Virus record (IMG/VR): IMGVR_UViG_3300045988_011379
Coordinates: 1-5,061 of that record
Length of the DNA: 5,061 nucleotides
Source: a virus
Strand: one strand, 5' to 3'
In this document: positions 1-4,864 of the stretch, one piece after another
Layout of the letters: each line of letters starts with the position of its first letter
How positions within the stretch are numbered: the first letter of the stretch is position 1
Program-made: the position numbers and the translations under genes
The notes under the pieces: model-generated
Database searches by the model: none
What the model was told of the DNA's origin: nothing
What the model saw: only the letters and a program-made list of their open reading frames with translations

Positions 1-119
1 ATTTTTTTAAAAAGTGAGGTTTTTATGTCTCGTCGTCGTCATAAGCTTTCTCGTAAGGCATCTAAGCGTATTTTCCGTAAAGGTGCATCACGTACGAAGA
101 CTTTGAATACTCGCGCTAC
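1..119. repeat. Wrap-around redundancy. Positions 1-119 are an exact copy of 4943-5061, so the window covers a circular (or concatemeric) 4942-nt genome plus 119 nt.
   Basis: Base-by-base comparison of both ends of the window found 119/119 identical. The offset is 4942 (for example, ATG 25 matches ATG 4967). Confidence 0.95.
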
Positions 120-147
120 GCCTCTGCGTGGCGGTTTCCGCATTTAA
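25..147 (+). CDS. VP8: Small, highly basic DNA-binding/packaging protein of 40 aa (MSRRRHKLSRKASKRIFRKGASRTKTLNTRATPLRGGFRI). It is the functional analogue of phiX174 J and gokushovirus ORF8/VP8.
   Basis: ATG at 25 is preceded by GAGGT (16-20) with a 4-nt spacer, and the TAA stop is at 145-147. The protein has 10 Arg and 5 Lys and no acidic residue. It is too short for the supplied ORF track. Its position after VP2 matches the gokushovirus layout. Confidence 0.8.
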   Translation: MSRRRHKLSRKASKRIFRKGASRTKTLNTRATPLRGGFRI

Positions 148-221
148 GCGTTAACCCTTGTTACCTGCCGCGGTCGTCGTAGTTATCATTTTGAACATCT
201 TAGTTTCATTTGGATCTTGCT

Positions 222-452
222 ATGGCTACTGCGGCTTTTCGTTTGACTCTTAAAGATTTTGGCGTCTGCTGGCTTATCCCTGGCGAAGAAAGCTATGTTG
301 GTCGTCGCAAGTTGGTGACCTGGACGCTTTATCGCGATCGTCCTTGGGTCGCTCTTTGTTCATTTCAGGTTCGTTTTCGCTCTTCTCGTGAGACGATTCT
401 TCGTGAGCTTCATATTACGTGTCTTGAAAAATGCCTTGCTTTCACCCGATAA
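222..452 (+). CDS. Hypothetical 76-aa protein (MATAAFRLTLKDFGVCWLIPGEESYVGRRKLVTWTLYRDRPWVALCSFQVRFRSSRETILRELHITCLEKCLAFTR). I do not recognise a family.
   Basis: The frame is open from 204, with the first ATG at 222 (the track starts at TTG 210). By hand count about half the codons end in T, and CGT/CTT are preferred for Arg/Leu, as in the recognised genes. There is no clear SD. The 3' end overlaps the VP4 start by 22 nt in another frame. Confidence 0.5.
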   Translation: MATAAFRLTLKDFGVCWLIPGEESYVGRRKLVTWTLYRDRPWVALCSFQVRFRSSRETILRELHITCLEKCLAFTR

Positions 453-1348
453 CGGCTTATCGACTCGCCGGATCTAAGACTAAAGACGGTATTCGCAACG
501 CTGTAACCTTTGATCCTTCGAAGGCTATTCCGTTTTCTGAGTTTAAGATTCCTTGCGGTCAATGCATTGGCTGCCGTCTTTCTAAGTCTCGTGAATGGGC
601 CGCTCGATGCGTTGTTGAAGCTAAGTCACATAAGAACAACATGTTTCTTACGTTGACTTATGACGATGCTCACTTGCCTGAAGATGGCTCACTTCATTAC
701 GAGCATTTTCAGCTGTTCATGAAGCGTATGCGTAAATACTTCATGAGCCGTTTTGGTCAACAGCTTCGCTTTTTCATGTGTGGTGAGTATGGCGATAAGC
801 TTGGTCGTCCTCACTATCACGCCATAATTTTTGGCGTTACTTTTGTAGATAAACAGCTCTGGTCGATTCGTCGAGGCAATAACTTATATCGTAGCCGTAC
901 GCTTGAGAAACTTTGGCCGTATGGTTTTAGTTCGATTGGTTCAGTCAACTTTGAGACTGCCGCTTATGTCGCTCGTTATGTTACGAAGAAAATTACAGGT
1001 CCTTTGAAGCTTGAGCATTACGACGGTAAGGTTGCTGAATTTTGTCATTGCTCGCTTAAACCTGGCATTGGTCATGACTTTTGTGAAAAGTACATGACTG
1101 ATATTTATACTAATGATCGACTTATTCTTAGCGAGAAGATTATGATGAATCCTCCAGCTTATTTTGATAAGTTGTTGGAGCGTTCTGATATTGTTCGTTT
1201 TGAAGAGATTAAGCGTCTTCGCGAAAAGCGAGGTCGTGATTTTGAAGATACTGGCGAAGCTTCGCCGCAACGTCTCTCAGTTCGTGAACGCGTCCAAGAA
1301 CTGAAAGCCGCTAAACTCAGACGCGTTATGGAAGAGAATCAATCATGA
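431..1348 (+). CDS. VP4: Replication initiation protein (rolling-circle HUH endonuclease), gokushovirus VP4-type, 305 aa.
   Basis: The N-terminus MPCFHPITAY is canonical. Rolling-circle Rep motifs are present: FLTLTY (motif 1), RPHYHAIIFG (HUH motif 2) and AAYVARYVTKK (catalytic Tyr motif 3). No SD is visible upstream of 431. Confidence 0.95.
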   Translation: MPCFHPITAYRLAGSKTKDGIRNAVTFDPSKAIPFSEFKIPCGQCIGCRLSKSREWAARCVVEAKSHKNNMFLTLTYDDAHLPEDGSLHYEHFQLFMKRMRKYFMSRFGQQLRFFMCGEYGDKLGRPHYHAIIFGVTFVDKQLWSIRRGNNLYRSRTLEKLWPYGFSSIGSVNFETAAYVARYVTKKITGPLKLEHYDGKVAEFCHCSLKPGIGHDFCEKYMTDIYTNDRLILSEKIMMNPPAYFDKLLERSDIVRFEEIKRLREKRGRDFEDTGEASPQRLSVRERVQELKAAKLRRVMEENQS

Positions 1349-1635
1349 TCCTTAAAGTTTTTTCCGTTTTCGACTCTAAACTTCAGGTTTTTAATACGCC
1401 GTTCTTCAGCCGTTCTGCAGCTGATGCATCTCGGTCTTTCTCTGATCTCGTTCGTGATAGTCGCACTACTGTTGGTCAGCATCCCGACGATTTCTTTCTT
1501 TATGAGATCGGTCAGTACTCTGATGAGACTGGAGAGCTTGTAGCCTCTGCTCCGACACAGATTGCCGCTGCGACTGCTTTTGTATCTACGATTGAGGACC
1601 TTAAAGCGGCCGCGCCTGCTAAGGCCGAAGTCTAA
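1345..1635 (+). CDS. VP5: Gokushovirus VP5-type non-structural protein, 96 aa.
   Basis: The ATG overlaps the VP4 stop as ATGA (1345-1348), and GGAAGAG lies at 1330-1336. The N-terminal pattern (VFSVFDSK..VFNTPFF...A.R.F..........HP.DF.LYEIG.....TGEL) matches the conserved VP5 family as I recall it. Confidence 0.85.
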   Translation: MILKVFSVFDSKLQVFNTPFFSRSAADASRSFSDLVRDSRTTVGQHPDDFFLYEIGQYSDETGELVASAPTQIAAATAFVSTIEDLKAAAPAKAEV

Positions 1636-1672
1636 GTACAGACGCGGCCGCAACACGGAGATTCTTCTAATC

Positions 1673-1700
1673 AGTCCTCGCGTAGTGTGAGGACTTTTTT
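1673..1700 (+). terminator. Intrinsic-terminator-like hairpin between VP5 and VP3.
   Basis: AGTCCTC (1673-1679) pairs with GAGGACT (1689-1695), extendable by C1681-G1687 and two G.T wobbles. A T-run follows to 1700. The VP3 SD GGAG (1705-1708) comes immediately after. Confidence 0.55.
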
Positions 1701-1713
1701 ATATGGAGCTTAT

Positions 1714-2157
1714 ATGAAGTTCAGAATTAATCACACAAATGCTACCGCTGAAGGCATTGTCTTTACTGAACCGTCGATGACTCAACAGCACTTTAAAGAT
1801 GAGACCATGATCGACAATATCTTGCAAAAGTATGCTGAGACAGGCTTTTTGACTGATCCTTTTTCCCCGAAGCGCCCAATTCAGTTTGGTGACTTTTCTG
1901 ACGTCACAGATTTTCAGACTGCGCAGAATGCTGTTGCTCGTGCAACTGAATACTTTGAAAGCCTTCCGTCTCGTGTTCGCTCGTCTTTCAATAATTCTCC
2001 ATCTGAGTTTCTTCAGGCGCTCAACGATCCTGAGCAAAGAAGTAAGCTTGAAGATCTTGGCTTTGTTGCTCCTGAAGAGTCTAAAGCTCCTGAGTCAACT
2101 CCTCAGCCGACTCCATCTGCCGATCCTAAACCGTCTTCTTCTGACAACAACGGGTAA
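1714..2157 (+). CDS. VP3: Internal scaffolding protein, gokushovirus VP3-type, 147 aa.
   Basis: ATG 1714 is preceded by GGAG (1705-1708). The GTG at 1687 used by the track lies inside the terminator hairpin and is unlikely to be the start. The pattern SMTQQHFKDE..I..IL.KY..TG ... GDFS.V.DFQ.A.N ... F.SLPS.VR..F.N.P.EFL is typical of the Chlamydia-phage-type scaffold family. Confidence 0.85.
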   Translation: MKFRINHTNATAEGIVFTEPSMTQQHFKDETMIDNILQKYAETGFLTDPFSPKRPIQFGDFSDVTDFQTAQNAVARATEYFESLPSRVRSSFNNSPSEFLQALNDPEQRSKLEDLGFVAPEESKAPESTPQPTPSADPKPSSSDNNG

Positions 2158-2175
2158 TTACTAATAACTCATATA

Positions 2176-2194
2176 AGGGATGGTTTCCATCCCT
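2176..2194 (+). other. Short perfect hairpin just downstream of the VP3 stop.
   Basis: AGGGATGG (2176-2183) is the reverse complement of CCATCCCT (2187-2194), with loop TTT. Confidence 0.5.
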
Positions 2195-2198
2195 CCCA

Positions 2199-2236
2199 AA
2201 CCATTTTACCTGCCTTGGTAAAATGGTTCTTTTTTC
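2199..2236 (+). terminator. Rho-independent terminator after VP3.
   Basis: A perfect 12-bp stem forms between AACCATTTTACC (2199-2210) and GGTAAAATGGTT (2217-2228), with loop TGCCTT. It is followed by CTTTTTTC. Confidence 0.75.
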
Positions 2237-2253
2237 TAGGTATCTCAACGATT

Positions 2254-2340
2254 TGCGCACGGGTACATACCGGAACCAGTTACGTACTTGATGTAACTGG
2301 TTCCGGTGACACCCCGATGCACGTGCGGGTACCCAACGCA
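2254..2340 (+). promoter_or_regulatory. G+C-rich structured element: a perfect 15-bp hairpin (2269-2307) flanked by direct repeats and palindromes. It is a candidate replication origin (viral-strand nick site and/or complementary-strand origin).
   Basis: ACCGGAACCAGTTAC (2269-2283) pairs with GTAACTGGTTCCGGT (2293-2307), with loop GTACTTGAT. CGGGTAC is repeated at 2260-2266 and 2326-2332. Palindromes are TGCGCA (2254-2259), GCACGTGC (2319-2326) and GGGTACCC (2327-2334). An outer pairing is possible between 2254-2266 and 2329-2340. Confidence 0.5.
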
Positions 2341-2352
2341 CTGCTCGAATGT

Positions 2353-2380
2353 TTGCTTTTTCTTTGACTTGTGGTATATG
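2353..2380 (+). promoter_or_regulatory. Candidate sigma70-type promoter upstream of VP1.
   Basis: TTGCTT (2353-2358), a 16-nt spacer, then TATATG (2375-2380) preceded by TGg (2372-2374), which resembles an extended -10. This rests on hexamer resemblance only. Confidence 0.3.
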
Positions 2381-2430
2381 CTTTGCCCTACGGTGATAAA
2401 GCTTTTTAAGTCTTGGCTTTAGAGCTGTAA

Positions 2431-2476
2431 GGCGATTGGTTCGATGAGAGGGCTTTCCGAACTGGTCGCCTTTTTT
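2431..2476 (+). terminator. Terminator-like or attenuator-like hairpin with a T-tract directly upstream of the VP1 start.
   Basis: GGCGATTGGTTCG (2431-2443) pairs with CGAACTGGTCGCC (2458-2470) as 10 Watson-Crick pairs plus 3 G.T(U) wobbles, with a 14-nt loop. TTTTTT follows at 2471-2476. The wobble pairs exist only on the + strand. Confidence 0.5.
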
Positions 2477-2502
2477 GTTATCTATAGCTATTGGATAAGT
2501 AC

Positions 2503-4167
2503 ATGTCTTCTGTTAATCGTTCTACTCAGCATCTGTTCTCTCAGATTCCTTCGACTCAGATTCCTCGATCGGTCTTTGATCGTTCTCATGGATATAAGAC
2601 AACTTTTAATTCCGGTTTTCTTGTACCTTTTTATGTCGACGAAGTTCTTCCAGGCGATAGCTTTAAGTTGACTGCTACGCTTTTTGCTCGTCTGGCTACT
2701 CCTATTGTCCCTTTTATGGACAATCTGTACTTAGAGACTTTCTTTTTCTTTGTTCCTAATCGCCTTGTTTGGGACAACTGGCAGAAGTTCAATGGTGAAC
2801 AGAAGAATCCAAGTGATCCAACGGACTTTTTGATTCCTACTGTTTCTGGCACGAATGTTGAGAATCAAACTCTGTGGGACTATTTCGGTCTTCCGACGAA
2901 TGTCAATGCAGCATTGAAAGTTAATGCGCTTCCTTTCCGCGCTTACAATTTGATTTTCAATGAGTGGTTTAGAGACGAGAATCTTCAGGATTCTTTGAAA
3001 GTTCCGACTAATGACGGTCCTGACAATTTGTCTGACTACAACTTAGTTCGCCGTGGCAAGCGTCATGACTACTTCACGTCATGTTTGCCGTGGCCGCAAA
3101 AGGGACCTGGCGTGGAGATTTCGCTTGGTGGCCGTGCGAAGGTTACTGGCGATATCACTTTGGCAGCTCAGTTCGGTTCGTATCATGTTGATCACGGTAT
3201 CGGTTCTGTTTCCAATTGGTCTGTCGCTTATCCTGTTAATTACACTGATCCTGTCACTTTAGGTTCGAAGGATCAGCCGTGGTCCAATGTTATTAAATCC
3301 TTTCCTGTGAAACTTACTGCAGCTAACCCTTCGGATCCAGGTAGAATTTCTTATTATGCTGGTCGTGGTTTAGTTTTACATGACAATATGTTCGCTGATT
3401 TGTCTAGTGCTACTCCGATTTCCATCAACGACCTTCGTCAAGCTTTTCAGGTTCAAAAGCTTTATGAACGCGATGCTCGCGGAGGAACGCGATATACAGA
3501 AATTTTGCGTTCGCATTTCGGCGTGATCTCGCCTGATGCTCGTCTGCAGCGTCCTGAGTATCTTGGCGGTTCGTCTGCTCGTATTTTGATTAATCCTGTT
3601 CAGCAGACTTCAGCTACTAATGAGACGACGCCTCAAGGCAATTTGGCTGCTTACGGTGTAGCCTCAGACAGCTTCCATGGCTTCTCGAAGTCCTTTGTCG
3701 AGCATGGCTACGTCTTTGGCTTTGTGAATGTTCGTGCTGACCTTACCTATCAGCAAGGTCTGAATCGCATGTGGTCGCGTCAGAGTCGTTTTGACTTCTA
3801 TTGGCCTGTGTTGGCGCATCTTGGCGAACAAGCTGTTTTGAATAAAGAGATTTACGCCCAAGGCACTGCTGATGACGATAAGGTTTTTGGTTATCAGGAA
3901 CGTTATGCAGAGTATCGTTATTACCCTGGACAGATTACTGGCAAGTTCCGTTCGACTGATCCTCAGCCGCTTGATTCTTGGCATCTTGCTCAGAAGTTTG
4001 CTTCGTTGCCGACATTGTCTTCGCAATTCATTCAGGATGATCCGCCCGTGAAGCGTGTAATTGCCGTTCAGGATGAGCCGCAATTCTTGTTTGACTCGTA
4101 TATTCGTTTGAAGTGTGCTCGTCCGATGCCTGTGTATTCAGTGCCCGGCTTGGTTGATCACTTCTAA
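2503..4167 (+). CDS. VP1: Major capsid protein, gokushovirus VP1 (Microviridae F-type jelly roll), 554 aa.
   Basis: Conserved blocks are present: FSQIPS..I.RS.FDRSH..KTTF..G.L.P..VDEVLPGD.F, KRHDYFTS.LPWPQKG, INDLR.AF..QK..ERDARGGTRY.E....HFGV and RPEYLGG. ATG 2503 is preferred over the track's TTG 2491. The TAA stop is at 4165-4167. Confidence 0.97.
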   Translation: MSSVNRSTQHLFSQIPSTQIPRSVFDRSHGYKTTFNSGFLVPFYVDEVLPGDSFKLTATLFARLATPIVPFMDNLYLETFFFFVPNRLVWDNWQKFNGEQKNPSDPTDFLIPTVSGTNVENQTLWDYFGLPTNVNAALKVNALPFRAYNLIFNEWFRDENLQDSLKVPTNDGPDNLSDYNLVRRGKRHDYFTSCLPWPQKGPGVEISLGGRAKVTGDITLAAQFGSYHVDHGIGSVSNWSVAYPVNYTDPVTLGSKDQPWSNVIKSFPVKLTAANPSDPGRISYYAGRGLVLHDNMFADLSSATPISINDLRQAFQVQKLYERDARGGTRYTEILRSHFGVISPDARLQRPEYLGGSSARILINPVQQTSATNETTPQGNLAAYGVASDSFHGFSKSFVEHGYVFGFVNVRADLTYQQGLNRMWSRQSRFDFYWPVLAHLGEQAVLNKEIYAQGTADDDKVFGYQERYAEYRYYPGQITGKFRSTDPQPLDSWHLAQKFASLPTLSSQFIQDDPPVKRVIAVQDEPQFLFDSYIRLKCARPMPVYSVPGLVDHF

Positions 4168-4176
4168 GGAGCTGTT

Positions 4177-4239
4177 ATGGCTTTAGTTATTTGGCTTGCC
4201 GTTGTTGGCACTGTTGTTATCTTTGCTTTAGGACAGTGA
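4177..4239 (+). CDS. Micro-ORF encoding a 20-aa fully hydrophobic peptide (MALVIWLAVVGTVVIFALGQ). It may be a membrane peptide or a translational-coupling leader for VP2.
   Basis: AAGGAG (4166-4171), the best SD in the window, lies 5 nt before ATG 4177. The TGA stop at 4237-4239 is 1 nt before the VP2 ATG at 4241. Codons are mostly T-ending, like the known genes. It is too short for the ORF track. Confidence 0.4.
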   Translation: MALVIWLAVVGTVVIFALGQ

Positions 4240-4240
4240 T

Positions 4241-4864
4241 ATGGGATTTCCTTGGTCAGACGCAATTGGCGGAGCCCTTAATTTAGGTAGCTCTGCTGCT
4301 AGTGCTTATTTTTCGTGGAAGCATCAGAAAGAAGCGATGCAAAATCGGCACCAATGGGAAGTTGCTGATATGCGTAAAGCGGGTCTTAACCCGATCCTGT
4401 CGGCTACCGGCGGTTCTGGTGCTTCTGGCAACGCACCTATGATTGTTGCTCCTGATCTCGCTGGAGCGATGAAGTCTGGTGCCGAGACTGAGACACAGCA
4501 TTCTGAAAAGAATTTGAAGGACGCTCTTGAGAAACAGACTTATGTTCAGAATTCGGCTTTGCAAGCTGACGCTGGTTTGAAGCGTGCTCAGGCTGTTGCT
4601 TCTGATAGTTCGTCTAATTTGATGTGGTCTCAAACGAAAGGTCAAGAGATTGCTAATAAAATTCAAGAAGAGAATTTAAAGCAAGCAAAGTTTATGACCC
4701 AAAATTCTGCTATTGCTTCTGAGAAGCAGAAGTTAGTTTTTGATTATATGAAAGAGCACTCTAGCGCTTGGAAGTTTGGACAGTGGATGAATTTGATTAA
4801 TCCTTTTAATTCGACTGCGCCGCTTACAAATTCCGCCGTTGGCGCCGCTCATCTTGCGAAATGA
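4241..4864 (+). CDS. VP2: Minor capsid / DNA pilot protein, gokushovirus VP2-type, 207 aa.
   Basis: The motif QNRHQWEVADMRKAGLNPILSA corresponds to the conserved VP2 block (..ERMSNTAYQRA..DMKKAGLNP.LA in Chlamydia phages, from memory). The downstream half is coiled-coil-like and rich in Q, K and A. A weak SD, AGGA, lies at 4230-4233. Confidence 0.9.
   Translation: MGFPWSDAIGGALNLGSSAASAYFSWKHQKEAMQNRHQWEVADMRKAGLNPILSATGGSGASGNAPMIVAPDLAGAMKSGAETETQHSEKNLKDALEKQTYVQNSALQADAGLKRAQAVASDSSSNLMWSQTKGQEIANKIQEENLKQAKFMTQNSAIASEKQKLVFDYMKEHSSAWKFGQWMNLINPFNSTAPLTNSAVGAAHLAK

Noticed and set aside
1186-1192. TGATATT inside VP4 matches the phiX174 origin core (TTGATATTAAT). The phiX174 origin lies inside its Rep gene.
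   Set aside because: It is a 7-mer with no flanking similarity and no associated structure. It is kept only as an alternative that a VP4 nicking assay should include, and it shows that short origin-like matches occur by chance here.
1886-2164. A 92-aa Leu-rich ORF in the +1 frame of VP3.
   Set aside because: It starts at TTG with no SD. Its hydrophobicity is the expected artefact of T-rich third positions becoming second positions in the +1 frame. Nothing independent supports it.
2251-2261. ATTTGCGCACG resembles the XerC-binding arm of a dif site (TTATGCGCACC on the reverse strand). This raised the possibility of XerCD-mediated integration, as in enterobacterial gokushovirus prophages.
   Set aside because: Only the GCGCAC core and two further bases match (8 of 11). 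The adjacent 6-nt spacer and the position where the XerD arm should be (2234-2250) show no resemblance to a dif site. The host is unknown.
2364-2369. TTGACT, the best -35-like hexamer in the intergenic region.
   Set aside because: No acceptable -10 lies at 16-19 nt. TACGGT lies at 19 nt and GATAAA at 25 nt. The weaker TTGCTT/TGgTATATG pair was reported as the candidate instead.
2438-2444. A GGTTCGA T-loop-like motif suggested a tRNA or tRNA-like element.
   Set aside because: No flanking 5-bp T-stem, acceptor stem or anticodon arm can be drawn. The motif is simply part of the 13-bp hairpin stem.
210-2502. Non-ATG starts used by the ORF track (TTG 210, GTG 1687, TTG 2491).
   Set aside because: In each case an in-frame ATG lies 12-27 nt downstream. 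For VP3, that ATG follows a good SD, and GTG 1687 lies within a hairpin stem-loop. The ATG starts give the conventional N-termini.
3053-3262. A 69-aa ORF in the +1 frame of VP1 with a basic N-terminus and a transmembrane-like C-terminus (GTG 3053, internal ATG 3065).
   Set aside because: It shows the same compositional artefact as above, has no SD before either start, and lies fully inside VP1. It would only be worth a look if the comparative test proposed for the 2444 ORF were run genome-wide.
941-4666. Long minus-strand ORFs in the track: 941-1270, 1339-1656, 1699-2037, 2126-2341, 2631-2852, 3664-4083 and 4283-4666.
   Set aside because: Each lies antisense to a well-supported + strand gene, or across the hairpin-rich intergenic region in the case of 2126-2341. 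Their products are low-complexity and rich in R, K, L and S. Microviridae are known to express one strand only. They look like by-products of the biased codon composition.
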